Positions 26,126 to 36,486 are shown, numbered from the stretch's first letter. The stretch: DNA of 64,000 nucleotides from Candidatus Chewarchaeum aethiopicum (GCA_034190395.1 JAXINS010000015.1:3679-67678); one strand, 5' to 3'. Notes: generated by a model from the sequence alone, not told the origin. Made by a program: numbers and translations.

Positions 26126-28345
26126 CTACCGGTCGCGGTCGATTCCCGTGATTTCGAATCGGGTCCCGCCGCTGGCGCTCTCGTCAATGTTGATCGTCCA
26201 GCCATGGGCCGCGACGATCTGTTCGACGATATTGAGCCCCAAGCCGGTGCCGTCCTCGGCGGTCGAGTATCCGGGTTCGAACACTCGGTCACGCACATCT
26301 TCGGGAATTCCCCGACCGTCATCCTCGATATACAGGCCGTCGTTCGTTTCACCGATCGTTATCGTGACGGTCTCACTGTTGTGTTCGATCGCGTTCCGAA
26401 GGAGATTGCTCAGGAGCTGTTGCAATCGGCCGGGGTCGGCCCGAATCGTGCCGTCGGCCTCGTTCATGAGGGTCGCATCCGCTGTCTCGATGTATTGCCA
26501 GCTCTCGTCGATGGCGGCCGCGAAGTCGACGGTTGTCATCTCGGTGACCGTTTCACCCTCCCGGGCGAGTGTCAATAGATCCTCGATCAACCGCTCCATC
26601 CGATCATGTGCTCGCTCGACTGCCGCGAGCCGATCGCTTTCACACTCCTCTTGGGCGAGTGCTAACTGACCGTTGGCGACGCTCAACGGGTTCTGGAGGT
26701 CATGGCTGACGATGCTCGCGAACTGATCGAGCCGTTCGTTCTGGCGCTTGAGCCGTTCCTCGCGTTGCCGACGGTCCGTGATATCGATAAATACCCCTGC
26801 CGTGCCGACAAACCCCTCGTCGGTGATGAGTGAGTTGAAGCGAACCTCACAGGGGACGATATCATCCTCGGCCGTTACGATCGGAAAATCGATCGTCATG
26901 ATCTCCGGATCGGCTGTCCGGAGCTTCTCACGGGCGGTCTGTGCTGATGCGATATCGACGACGGCGAGGTAGTCGTCGCGTAATAGGTGTTGATAGTCCG
27001 CCGGCGCAATCCCGTCTGTTTCCCCGACGAGTAACTCAGCGAGATGCATGCCTTCGAGTTCCGATTTCGTATATCCGGTTAGCTCGACCATCCCCCGGTT
27101 TACCATGACGAACTCGAGGTTCTCATCCAGCGTGTAGACGCCGTCACCGATGGTTTCGACCATCGTTTCGTACTGTTCGAGGTCTCGTTCGCGCTGTTTT
27201 TGTTCGGTAATATCGGTGTAGATCGCGAACCCCTCGCTGTTCTCCGAGCCCGGGACGCTTGCGTTTGTAAACAGGAAGTCACGAACGCCGTCGGTGGTTT
27301 CTCGACGGATGCTGACGTTTACCGGTTCCTCGTCGGTCGTGACACGTTGATTCAACTCCGTTGCCGATTCCTCCCCGTCCGGTGGAACGATATACTCATC
27401 CAGTGACTCGCCGATAAGCGTCTCCTCATCGTAGCCGAAGATCTCCTCGAAGGCCGGATTGACCGCCTGAATGATTGGATCGCCGTCCTTGATATATCCG
27501 TGGACGATCGGTTCGTGGAGCTGTTCGAACAGGGCCTGAAATCGATCGCGTTCCCGCCTGAGTTCGCGCTTGTGTTGCTCTCGTTCGGTGATATCCAACC
27601 CGGCGCCGGTCATCCGGATCGGATTCCCGTCGGCGTCGAATTCGACCTCGGCTTCCTCATGGACGTGTCGGATGTCGCCGTCAGGCGTTATCACACGGAA
27701 GTCGATACTGTAGGAGCCAGCTCCTTCGAGTGCTCGATCGATCGCGGCCTCGACAGTATCTCGATCCTCCGGGTGTATCAATTCCGACCACGCCTCGTGG
27801 GTGTGATCGAACTCTTCGGGCTCGACGCCGAGGAGTTCGTAGCTTTGCTCGGAGAGATCGAGTTCATCGGTTTCGATATCCCACTCGAAATGGCCGAGAT
27901 CCGCGATCTCCTGGACGCGACTCAACCGTCGTTCCCGTTGGCGGACCCGCGCTCTGGCTCGGTACTGCTCGACGAGGTTTCGGATCCGATTGGCGAGCAG
28001 ATCATACGTCTCGCGGCCGCCGGCCTTGGTTTGGTAATCATCGACCCCGGCGGAGATCGCCTCCGCCGCGATTTCCTCACTCCCTTTGCCCGTGAACAGT
28101 ACGAACGGAAGGTCCGAATAGTTCTCCCGAACCGCCCGGAGTAGGGCTAATCCGTTCTGATCGGGCATATCGTAATCGGAGACGATACAGTCGACGTCCA
28201 TCTCGGCAAGTCGATCGAGACCGTCGCTTGCGCTTGTGGCGATCTCGATGGTGAGCTGCTCGTCCTGCCGTTCGAGAAACTCGGCAGCCATCTCGGCGAA
28301 ATCGCGGTCATCGTCGACGTGCAAGATCCGGATCGGGTCCGTCAT
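26126..28345 (-). CDS. hybrid sensor histidine kinase: receiver, multiple PAS domains, HisKA, HATPase_c
   Basis: Receiver: ILHVDDD, IVSDYDMPDQNG, FTGKG. Three to four PAS-like repeats. H-box FASIVSHDLQNPL. N-box LLRNAIEH. G-boxes DDGRGIP and GTGLGLNIV. Confidence 0.9.
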   Translation of the reverse strand: MTDPIRILHVDDDRDFAEMAAEFLERQDEQLTIEIATSASDGLDRLAEMDVDCIVSDYDMPDQNGLALLRAVRENYSDLPFVLFTGKGSEEIAAEAISAGVDDYQTKAGGRETYDLLANRIRNLVEQYRARARVRQRERRLSRVQEIADLGHFEWDIETDELDLSEQSYELLGVEPEEFDHTHEAWSELIHPEDRDTVEAAIDRALEGAGSYSIDFRVITPDGDIRHVHEEAEVEFDADGNPIRMTGAGLDITEREQHKRELRRERDRFQALFEQLHEPIVHGYIKDGDPIIQAVNPAFEEIFGYDEETLIGESLDEYIVPPDGEESATELNQRVTTDEEPVNVSIRRETTDGVRDFLFTNASVPGSENSEGFAIYTDITEQKQRERDLEQYETMVETIGDGVYTLDENLEFVMVNRGMVELTGYTKSELEGMHLAELLVGETDGIAPADYQHLLRDDYLAVVDIASAQTAREKLRTADPEIMTIDFPIVTAEDDIVPCEVRFNSLITDEGFVGTAGVFIDITDRRQREERLKRQNERLDQFASIVSHDLQNPLSVANGQLALAQEECESDRLAAVERAHDRMERLIEDLLTLAREGETVTEMTTVDFAAAIDESWQYIETADATLMNEADGTIRADPGRLQQLLSNLLRNAIEHNSETVTITIGETNDGLYIEDDGRGIPEDVRDRVFEPGYSTAEDGTGLGLNIVEQIVAAHGWTINIDESASGGTRFEITGIDRDR

Positions 28346-28610
28346 CGGCGATCGGTCACCATGCGAGTGTGGGAGGTCTCGATTGGACTGCTATAAATCG
28401 ATATGCTGTTTGTGTCATCGGTGGAGGTTCGACGGCTGTTCTGACAGGCGATTAACTCTCGGACATGTGCGTACTTGAACCTTCTCAGCGATGGCGTCGA
28501 CCCGTCATCCGGTGAGAATGGCTGACCTCATTCTCGAGTACGTGGGCGTATATATGGGTACATAGAGAACATACCAAGACCGTTAGAACTCACGCTGTTC
28601 ACTCCCATCC

Positions 28611-28769
28611 GTGATCACGACTCCGGCACTTTACGTGGTGTTTTTTCTCGTCGTGTTGGGGTGGATCGCGATGCTGGCCGCGGTAGTTTACGGCGTTCTC
28701 CAGGGGGTCCAACGATATTACGGGACAACCACATCGCTGCTGCGGGCCGTTTCCGGGGATGACCAGTGA
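28611..28769 (+). CDS. candidate small membrane protein (52 aa, GTG start)
   Basis: My own translation: (M)ITTPALYVVFFLVVLGWIAMLAAVVYGVLQGVQRYYGTTTSLLRAVSGDDQ. Weak support only (hydrophobic helix, intergenic position). Confidence 0.2.
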   Translation: MITTPALYVVFFLVVLGWIAMLAAVVYGVLQGVQRYYGTTTSLLRAVSGDDQ

Positions 28770-28905
28770 TTCGATCACCTGTTCTCTGCCAATCCTCTTT
28801 TTTGAGTACGTTTCAAAATCGTCTGACGCTCATCGGTGAGAGACGTTGACGTACTGATCGCTCCTAGCAAGAGTCTCATATGTTGCCCGCCTTGTTGATC
28901 GTACT

Positions 28906-29604
28906 GTGCCATCGAGCCTGGCCTATGATGCGGTCCTCTTCGACAACGATGGTGTATTGACCCATCCCACTGATGGGACCACTCTTCGGAGGGCAACCGA
29001 GGCGGCGTTTGCCGCCGTCGGCGTTGCCGATCCGGCCGAGGAGCACATCGAAGCAGTCAGCGGCAGCGCCGATGCCGCTGAAGCCGCCTGTGAAACCTAT
29101 GATATTGATCCTGACCGGTTCTGGCAACACCACGAGCGCGAACGGATCGCTGCCCAACGGGAGGCGTTGCTTGATGGGACGAAACCGCTCTACGACGATG
29201 TCGCCGCCATCCGTGAGTTACGGCTTCCGTGCGGGATCGTCAGCAACAACCAACACGGGACGATCGAGCACATCGTCGACATCTTCGGTCTCGATACACT
29301 CTTCGAGACCTACTACGGCCGTGCACCTTCGCTTGCCGGCTTTCGACGGCGGAAACCGGACCCGTATTACCTCGAACAGGCGCTTTCGGATCTCGGAACC
29401 CGAAACGCTCTCTATGTCGGTGATAGCCGGGTCGACATTGCGGCCGCCGATCGTGCCGGGATCGACTCGGCATTTATCCGCCGTTCACATCGGGCTGAGT
29501 ATGAACTCACCCAGGACCCGACCTACCACATCGAAACGCTCGAAAACCTCCACACGATCGTCGCCGGTGAACGGCCACCATCGCGTTCCTCGGTGACGCG
29601 ATAA
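28906..29604 (+). CDS. HAD-superfamily hydrolase (phosphatase)
   Basis: Motif I FDNDGVL, motif II VSNN, motif III/IV RRKPDP and VGDSRVD. GTG start. Confidence 0.85.
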   Translation: MPSSLAYDAVLFDNDGVLTHPTDGTTLRRATEAAFAAVGVADPAEEHIEAVSGSADAAEAACETYDIDPDRFWQHHERERIAAQREALLDGTKPLYDDVAAIRELRLPCGIVSNNQHGTIEHIVDIFGLDTLFETYYGRAPSLAGFRRRKPDPYYLEQALSDLGTRNALYVGDSRVDIAAADRAGIDSAFIRRSHRAEYELTQDPTYHIETLENLHTIVAGERPPSRSSVTR

Positions 29605-29609
29605 TTTTT
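29605..29609 (+). terminator. T5 run immediately after the HAD gene stop
   Basis: TAATTTTTG, an oligo-T tract directly after the stop codon. Confidence 0.3.
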
Positions 29610-29736
29610 GACCTCACGGGTACCTTCCGGCCTCCGTCGTGTTGCTCGCTACGTTGTCTGACGATTACTGAGTGCTATATACCCACACCGCGATCTATTA
29701 TAAACCGTTTACTTCAATAATCGGCTATGTCGGGTA

Positions 29737-30495
29737 ATGAGTCAGGACGCCGGTCGCGAGACGACCGTCATGTCGTCGATGTCAGTCGGCCAGCGACCAA
29801 CCGAGAGGTCGTCGATGTTCAGTGACGCCGTCGAACCACACCATCATCGCGTTGACGCCGACGCGCGGGACGATATCTACGTCATCGGGGATGTTCACGG
29901 CTGTCTCACCGAACTTGAGGCGTTGATCGAGCTGATCGATCCGTCGACGGACGATCTCCTGATCTTCGTGGGCGATCTGGTTCGCAAGGGTCCAAACAGC
30001 CGTGGCGTGATCGAACGGGTTCGGGACGCTCCGAATATGCTGAGCATTCGGGGCAACAACGAGGAGAAACTCCTCACCGGCGAGAAAACACTCCCCGAAC
30101 TCGATGACGACCATCTCCGCTATCTCCGGTCGTTGCCGTTGGTCATCTCCTGGGGGGAGAACATCGTCGTCCACGGCGGTATCGTCCCCGAGCAACCGTT
30201 GACCGAGCATACCCCGACGGAACTGCTGACAACCCGGGCGACACCGGACGGTGACGGTTATGACGGTCCGTTCTGGTTCGAACGCTACGACCGCTCCCCG
30301 CAGGTCTTTTTCGGTCACACCGTGCTCGAAGCACCGGTCGATACCGACGGCGTCGTCGGGCTGGATACCGGCTGTGTTTACGGCGGATATCTCACCGCCT
30401 ATGACACCGCCCGCGATCGATTCCTCCGGATCGAAGCCCGCGAGACGTATCGCGATCGAAGCGAGGACAGCATCGTCGATCCCGAGGCACTCTAA
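29737..30495 (+). CDS. ApaH/PrpE-like metallophosphoesterase with GNNE in place of GNHE
   Basis: GDVHGC, GDLVRKGPNS (E. coli ApaH, from memory, has GDLVARGP), RGNNEE, VHGG. TATA-like TATTATAAA at 29696-29704. 30 nt separate its stop from ppk1. Confidence 0.85.
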   Translation: MSQDAGRETTVMSSMSVGQRPTERSSMFSDAVEPHHHRVDADARDDIYVIGDVHGCLTELEALIELIDPSTDDLLIFVGDLVRKGPNSRGVIERVRDAPNMLSIRGNNEEKLLTGEKTLPELDDDHLRYLRSLPLVISWGENIVVHGGIVPEQPLTEHTPTELLTTRATPDGDGYDGPFWFERYDRSPQVFFGHTVLEAPVDTDGVVGLDTGCVYGGYLTAYDTARDRFLRIEARETYRDRSEDSIVDPEAL

Positions 30496-30525
30496 CGGAG
30501 CGTCCATCCCGCGTGGATTCGTCCC

Positions 30526-32802
30526 ATGGCTGATCATTCCGATAATCCATCGGATGTGGATGCTGATCCGACGCCCTCAGCGGAGTCCACTGACGGTGAG
30601 ACGGAGTCCGAAAAGAGAGCTCAACGCGCCGATGTCGACCTTGATGAGCCACGGTATTATCTCAACCGCGAGCTGAGCGAGCTCGCCTTCCAACGTCGGG
30701 TCTTACACGAGGCGCTCGACGATCGCAATCCACTCCTCGAACGGGCGAAGTTCCTGGGCATCCTGACCTCGAACCTCGATGAGTTCTTCATGAAGCGGAT
30801 CGGTGGGCTCAAACAACAGATCGCCGCCGAGGTCACCGAACCGACGCCCGACGGTCGAACGCCCGAAGAACAGTGGCAGGAAGCCATCGAGGTCGCCCGC
30901 GATCTCTTTCGCGAACAGAGCCGGTGTTACCGCGAGGAGATCCAGCCGGCGCTTGCCCGTGAGGGTATCCGGATCGTCGACTACGAGTCGCTCCCGGCCG
31001 ACCGACAGGCGGAGCTGCGGTCGTATTTCGAATCCTCAGTGTTGCCAACGTTGACGCCGTTGACGTTCGATCCCGCCCATCCGTTCCCCCATATCTCGAA
31101 TCTGAGCCTCTCGCTTGCGGTATTGACCCGCGAGAACGAGGACGATGAACCGACCTTCTCACGGGTGAAGATCCCGGGTAACCGCCCCCGACTCGTCCAG
31201 GTCGGTGACGAATCGACGTATGTCCCACTCGAGCGGGTCGTGGCCGCGAACCTCGATCTGCTCTTTCCCGATGTCGAGATCCTCCAGTGTTCGCTCTTTC
31301 GTGTCACCAGAAACGCTGAAGTCAGGCGCAACGAGGAGATCGCCGAGGACCTCATCGAAACGATCGAGGAGGTCCTCCGGCAGCGACGATTTGCGACGGT
31401 CGTTCGTCTCGAGATCGAGCCCGACACGCCCGAACGTGTCCGCGAGTTGCTCATCGAACAGCTCGGGCTGGCCGAGCGGGAGGTGTTCGAACTCCCGGGC
31501 CTTCTCGATTATACGGCGTTGATGTCGTTGACCGACTTGGACCGACCGGAGCTGAAGCTCGACGACTGGACGCCCCAGCCACATCCGCGGTTGCTCACAC
31601 CGGCCGAGCCCGAGCGGACGATCTTCGAGACGATCCGTGAGGACGATCTCCTCGTCCATCACCCCTATCACTCCTTTGACGAGACGGTCCATCGGTTCAT
31701 CGAAGCGGCCGCAACGGATCCCGATGTCCTGGCGATTAAGGCGGCGATCTATCGGACGGCTAGCGATTCCCAGATCATCGAGAGCCTGATCGACGCGGCC
31801 CGAAACGGAAAACAGGTCGCCGTCATGGTCGAGCTCAAAGCCCGGTTCGACGAGGAGAACAACCTCCGATGGGTCCGCAAACTTGAGGAGGAGGGGATCC
31901 ACGTCGCCTACGGTACGCTCGGTTATAAGACCCACACGAAAACGACGCTCGTCGTCCGTGAGGAAGGCCCCGAACAAAACGTCCGGCTGTACTCACACGT
32001 CGGGACCGGCAATTACCACTCCGAGACGGCCAAGACCTATACCGATCTGGGACTGTTAACGGCCGACCCCGATATCGGCCAGGATCTCGTCAAGCTGTTC
32101 AACTTCTTTACCGGCCACGCGCTCCACGAGGACTACCGGGAGCTGTTGATCGCCCCGGAGAACATGCGCGAGCAGTTCACCCAGCTCATCCGCCGGGAGG
32201 CTGAGCACGCCCGCAACGGTGGGACGGGTCGAATCGTCGCGAAGATGAACCGGCTGGAGGACCCCGACATCGTCCGGGAACTCTACAAGGCTTCGATGGT
32301 CGGCGTCGACATCGATCTGATCGTCCGGGATATCTGTCGGTTGCGGCCGGGGCTCGAGGACGTCAGTGAGACGATCGATATCTACAGCATCGTCGGTCGG
32401 TTTCTCGAACATTCCCGGATCTTCTATTTCGAAAACGATGGCAACAGCGAGTACTACATCGGCTCGGCCGACTGGATGACACGCAACCTCGACAACCGGA
32501 TCGAGGCCGTCACCCCGATCGATGATCCCACGCTCCGTGAGGAACTCGACCACATCCTCACGCTCAACCTTGAGGACAACTACAAACGGTGGCGCATGCA
32601 GCCCGACGGCAGCTACGAACAGTGTCAGCCGGCCGAGGACGAACCGATCCGGAACACCCAACAACGCCTCATGGAACGGGCCCGCGAGGCGATCGACCAA
32701 CACCGACACGAGTACTCGAATGGTAGCGATCCACGCCAATCCCCATCACGTGATACTACCGACCGGGATGAGTTCGATCCATTCGTCGACGATGAGCAAT
32801 GA
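30526..32802 (+). CDS. ppk1: polyphosphate kinase 1
   Basis: RYYLNRELSELAFQRRVLHEA N-terminus, autophosphorylated-His region (TLGYKTHTKTTLVVR), two PLD-like C-terminal domains, 758 aa. Confidence 0.95.
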   Translation: MADHSDNPSDVDADPTPSAESTDGETESEKRAQRADVDLDEPRYYLNRELSELAFQRRVLHEALDDRNPLLERAKFLGILTSNLDEFFMKRIGGLKQQIAAEVTEPTPDGRTPEEQWQEAIEVARDLFREQSRCYREEIQPALAREGIRIVDYESLPADRQAELRSYFESSVLPTLTPLTFDPAHPFPHISNLSLSLAVLTRENEDDEPTFSRVKIPGNRPRLVQVGDESTYVPLERVVAANLDLLFPDVEILQCSLFRVTRNAEVRRNEEIAEDLIETIEEVLRQRRFATVVRLEIEPDTPERVRELLIEQLGLAEREVFELPGLLDYTALMSLTDLDRPELKLDDWTPQPHPRLLTPAEPERTIFETIREDDLLVHHPYHSFDETVHRFIEAAATDPDVLAIKAAIYRTASDSQIIESLIDAARNGKQVAVMVELKARFDEENNLRWVRKLEEEGIHVAYGTLGYKTHTKTTLVVREEGPEQNVRLYSHVGTGNYHSETAKTYTDLGLLTADPDIGQDLVKLFNFFTGHALHEDYRELLIAPENMREQFTQLIRREAEHARNGGTGRIVAKMNRLEDPDIVRELYKASMVGVDIDLIVRDICRLRPGLEDVSETIDIYSIVGRFLEHSRIFYFENDGNSEYYIGSADWMTRNLDNRIEAVTPIDDPTLREELDHILTLNLEDNYKRWRMQPDGSYEQCQPAEDEPIRNTQQRLMERAREAIDQHRHEYSNGSDPRQSPSRDTTDRDEFDPFVDDEQ

Positions 32803-32869
32803 CACGTCGTTTCCGGTCCCGAAGGGAACCGGGAGTTATTTGCCCGACTCGCGGACATCTAACGGATAG

Positions 32870-34183
32870 ATGGCCCTCCTCTCGGATCCGTATCGTCGCC
32901 GTTGGATCGGTTGGGGACTCATCGCGACGGCATACTTTCTGATGAGTTTCCATCGGGTATCGACGGCGGTGCTCTCGGAGAACCTCATGCGGGCTTTCGA
33001 TACGACGGGTGCGAGCCTCGGGTTGCTCCATTCGTCGTTTTTCTACCTCTACGCGGCGTTTCAGATCCCGGCCGGGCTGCTCACCGACCGCTATGGGGCG
33101 CGGGCGATCGCCGGGGGTGGGACCGGCCTGTTGAGCATCGGAACGCTCATGTTCGGGTTGAGCCCGACCTACGCCATCGCGTTCGTCGGCCGGCTCCTCG
33201 TCGGTCTGGGGGCGAGCGTCCTGTTCGTCTCGGCGTTGCGGTTCTGTGCGAACTGGTTTCGCCCCGACGAGTTCGCGACGATGAACGGCGTAACGTTTTC
33301 CGTGGCCATCCTCGGCGGGGCGGCGGCGACGACGCCGCTGGCGGTGGCCATCGGCTGGTTTGGATGGCGGCCGACGCTGGTCGGTCTCGGCGGCGTCAGC
33401 CTCATCGCCATGGTCGGTATCCTCGCGTTCTCGCATGACACGCCAGCCCAGGCCGGCCTTGATCCGATCGAGAACGTCCCGGAGCGGCCGGAAGTCACCG
33501 CCGCCGATCTCAAACGCCACGTCACGAACGCCCTCCGGGAACCGGAGACGTGGCTCATCGGTGGGATGACCTTCTTCATGGCGGGGGTGGGTATCACGAT
33601 CTTCGGGTTGTGGGGCATTCCCTATCTCGTCCAGACATACGGAATCTCGGTCACCCGAGCGTCGCTTTACCTGCTTGTCGGGAACGTCGGTGGGATCATC
33701 GGGCCCCCGTTGTTCGGGTGGATCTCCGATCGGCTCGGGCGGCGGACCGACCTGATCGTCATCACGGCGGTCTCCTTCGGGGTGACCTGGAGTATTTTCG
33801 CCGTCTTCGGGACGATCCCCCTCTTGCTTGTCGGGGCGATCTTCCTGTTTTCGCGGGTACTCCGGGGCGGCGTGCCACTCGCCTTCACCGTGATGAAAGA
33901 GCGCCATCCCGAGGGGGCAAGCGGCACCGTCATCGGTATCATCAACACGATGACCTGGATCGGCGCGGCGGTGTTTCCGGTCGTCCTCGGGGCTGCGCTC
34001 GACGCCTACTGGACCGGTAAACTGGTCAACGGGACCCGCGTCTACACCCTCACGGGGTACCGTGTTGCGTTTACGATCGCCGTCGGGGCGGGGATCCTCT
34101 CTACCATCTGTGCGGTCTTGCTCCACCGACGGGTTCGTCGCGAACGGGACACGCCGGCCGGGATGTCGGTTGCCGACGATTGA
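32870..34183 (+). CDS. MFS transporter
   Basis: 12 predicted TM helices and the MFS loop motif GLLTDRYGARAIAG. Confidence 0.85.
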   Translation: MALLSDPYRRRWIGWGLIATAYFLMSFHRVSTAVLSENLMRAFDTTGASLGLLHSSFFYLYAAFQIPAGLLTDRYGARAIAGGGTGLLSIGTLMFGLSPTYAIAFVGRLLVGLGASVLFVSALRFCANWFRPDEFATMNGVTFSVAILGGAAATTPLAVAIGWFGWRPTLVGLGGVSLIAMVGILAFSHDTPAQAGLDPIENVPERPEVTAADLKRHVTNALREPETWLIGGMTFFMAGVGITIFGLWGIPYLVQTYGISVTRASLYLLVGNVGGIIGPPLFGWISDRLGRRTDLIVITAVSFGVTWSIFAVFGTIPLLLVGAIFLFSRVLRGGVPLAFTVMKERHPEGASGTVIGIINTMTWIGAAVFPVVLGAALDAYWTGKLVNGTRVYTLTGYRVAFTIAVGAGILSTICAVLLHRRVRRERDTPAGMSVADD

Positions 34184-34277
34184 TTCGCCGGTCGCCGATC
34201 CGTTGGCGAGCCCCGATCTCAGATAGTGGGATTGCTCATCCCTGCTTTTGGCCGTCGCCGACCTACGATAAGGTGTG

Positions 34278-34730
34278 ATGTACGACAAACTCCTCCTTCC
34301 CACCGACATGAGCGCCGGGATCAACCGGGCGATCGAGCACGCGATCGACGCCGCCACGCGATACGACGCCGAGTTGCACGTCCTCTATGTCGTCGATGCC
34401 GAGGCCTACAGCTCCTATCCGGGCGACGAGTACGTCCACGAATTCGAAGGGCTCGAAACGGCCCTCGAACAGGCTGGTCGCGAGGCAGTCGAGCGAATCA
34501 CCGACACGGCGGCTGAGGCAGGGGTATCGACCGAAGCGGTCATCCGACACGGCATTCCCCACGAGGAGATCCTCCAGTATATGACCGAAGCGGACATCGG
34601 ACTGACGGTCATCGGCTCGAAAAATCGGCCGGGCGAGTACCGTCGCATGCTCGGCAGCGTCGCCGAACGGGTCGTTCACATGGCCGAACGACCGGTCACG
34701 ATCGTCAAAACACCGGTCGGTGCCGACTGA
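34278..34730 (+). CDS. universal stress protein (UspA family)
   Basis: MYDKLLLPTD..., LHVLYVVD, and C-terminal GSVAERVVHMAERPVTIVK. ATG at 34278 is one codon after the track GTG. Confidence 0.9.
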   Translation: MYDKLLLPTDMSAGINRAIEHAIDAATRYDAELHVLYVVDAEAYSSYPGDEYVHEFEGLETALEQAGREAVERITDTAAEAGVSTEAVIRHGIPHEEILQYMTEADIGLTVIGSKNRPGEYRRMLGSVAERVVHMAERPVTIVKTPVGAD

Positions 34731-34839
34731 CCGTCGCCCCCTCGTTTACTGGCGGCTCCGTGGATCGGATTAAGTATCTCTATTGTGTCAAACATTCACA
34801 TTCCAAAAAGTGAAATGGACGAGGCGCCAACGCCCCGGT

Positions 34840-35520
34840 ATGCCCCGACAGAGCTATCAGGACCGACTCGTCGAACTCCGCGAGGACGTCCTGTATATGA
34901 GCGAGGTCGTCCTCGAGCGTCTCCGGATGGGTCTGGATGCGCTCGAACAGAAAGACGAGGACCTCGCCTGGGAGGTTATCGATCGCGACGACGAGATCAA
35001 CGAACTCTATCTCGAACTTGAAGGGGATTGCATCGATCTGCTGGCCCTCCAACAGCCGGTTGCAGGGGATCTCCGATTTATCGCCGCATCGTTCAAGATC
35101 ATCACCGACCTCGAACGGATCGCCGATCTCGCGACGAACCTCGGCGAGTACACCTTGGAGGCTGATCGGGATCTCTTTCCGGACGTCGACATCCAGGAAC
35201 TCGGCGACATGACCATCGAGATGGTCGAGGACGCGATGACCGCCTACGCCGACGAAGACACCGACGCATGTTACGAGATCGCCGACCGGGATGCCGACAT
35301 CGACGCGTTCTGTGAACGCGCCAGCGAGGTGGTGGTGCGGGACCTGATCGAAACGGAACTCGACGAGGATGCTGGTGAGGAGCGCATCGAATCCCTGCTC
35401 GATGACGTCTCCCGACTCCTGTTGACGATCCGGGATCTCGAACGCGTCGGCGACCACGCTGTCAACATCGCCGCCCGGACCGTCTACATGATCGAAAACG
35501 ACGACGAACTCATCTACTGA
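34840..35520 (+). CDS. phoU: phosphate-signalling regulator PhoU (stand-alone, two PhoU repeats)
   Basis: MPRQSYQDRLVELREDVLYM..., DDEINELYLELEGDCIDLLALQQPVAGDLRF, DLERIADLATNL, DLERVGDHAVNIA. ATG confirmed at 34840. Confidence 0.9.
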   Translation: MPRQSYQDRLVELREDVLYMSEVVLERLRMGLDALEQKDEDLAWEVIDRDDEINELYLELEGDCIDLLALQQPVAGDLRFIAASFKIITDLERIADLATNLGEYTLEADRDLFPDVDIQELGDMTIEMVEDAMTAYADEDTDACYEIADRDADIDAFCERASEVVVRDLIETELDEDAGEERIESLLDDVSRLLLTIRDLERVGDHAVNIAARTVYMIENDDELIY

Positions 35521-35567
35521 ACGACGGACGCGCTTTCGTCCCCGTGGACCGTCGCGTATCGCTTTGC

Positions 35568-36374
35568 TCACCGATTGTTCTCGTGTAGCGACACCACCAG
35601 CTCACGGAATGCATCGCCCAAGCGATCGAACAGTTCGGCGCCTTTCGCCTCGGTGGCCAGCTCGGGTTGGCCAACCGCGCCGGTCTCGGTGTAGGCGTCG
35701 AAGGGCTGGTGCACCGAGTGGTAGCCCGAGTCAAAGAGGTCCTTGCTCTCCCCTTTGTAGGTCTTTGAGTGCGTCGTCCCGGCGATTTTCTCCTCGTGGA
35801 CGAGATCCGGCCGGAGGTGTAACAGCAGGGACGTCTCGAACTCCCCACCGTGGGCGATCCCTCCGAGGTCGCTCTCGCGGATCTCGTCGATGAATTCCCC
35901 GGCGAGGTGGAAGTACGTCAGTCCTGACACTTCGGTATCGTCGCTGTTGAACCCGATCTCCTGGACGGCGTTTTGGATCAACGCGACGTTGCCGCCGTGG
36001 CCGTTGACGAGGACCAAGGCATCGAAGCCGTTCTGGAGGGTCGTCTCGGCGATGCCTTCGAGGACATCGAGTAACGTCTCGACGTCGAGCGAAGCCGTTC
36101 CGCCGAAGGGGAGATGATGGCGTGATTGGCCGGTCCAGACCGTCGGCGTCAACAGGACCGGCACACCCTGTTCGTGGGCCCGGTGAGTCCCCTCCTGGGC
36201 GACCGCCGAGACCAGCAGGGTATCGGTGATCGTCGGGAGGTGATCGCCGTGTTGTTCGAGGCTGCCGACCGGGACGACCAGTACCGACCCATCCTGGGCG
36301 GCGCGTTCGGTAACTTCCGGAGCGGTTCGACCGGCCCACTCGACCGGCGAAGCGCCGATCGTTTCGTAGCTCAT
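35568..36374 (-). CDS. creatininase-family amidohydrolase
   Basis: VPVGSLEQHGDHLPTITD, VNGHGGN, HGGEFETS. Confidence 0.85.
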   Translation of the reverse strand: MSYETIGASPVEWAGRTAPEVTERAAQDGSVLVVPVGSLEQHGDHLPTITDTLLVSAVAQEGTHRAHEQGVPVLLTPTVWTGQSRHHLPFGGTASLDVETLLDVLEGIAETTLQNGFDALVLVNGHGGNVALIQNAVQEIGFNSDDTEVSGLTYFHLAGEFIDEIRESDLGGIAHGGEFETSLLLHLRPDLVHEEKIAGTTHSKTYKGESKDLFDSGYHSVHQPFDAYTETGAVGQPELATEAKGAELFDRLGDAFRELVVSLHENNR

Positions 36375-36486
36375 GGCCCCATCTCCGCCGGGACGCTGTT
36401 AATGTTAATTGTCTCTTTCCGGGCCGTTCATGCCGATGACCGCTCGAAAACTAACGAAGTAAACGCAAGCGTCGTGTTCCGGCCGT

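Noticed and set aside
26050-26352. N-terminal extension of the thioesterase ORF, and similar extensions at 38695-38874, 16914-17069, 57124-57303, 56725-57090, 57189-57266, 60796-60849, 61193-61330 and 62621-62665
   Set aside because: The extensions are basic or low-complexity and overlap neighbouring genes or promoters. Conserved family N-termini begin at the internal ATGs that I verified in the sequence.
29782-31977. Minus-strand ORFs 29782-30537 and 31159-31977
   Set aside because: Antisense to the ApaH-like esterase and ppk1, both with strong motifs. No recognisable domains.
32756-34357. 533-aa ORF on the minus strand
   Set aside because: Fully antisense to a well-formed MFS transporter gene. 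The translation is Arg/Pro/Asp/Gly low-complexity with no motifs, a typical high-GC shadow ORF.
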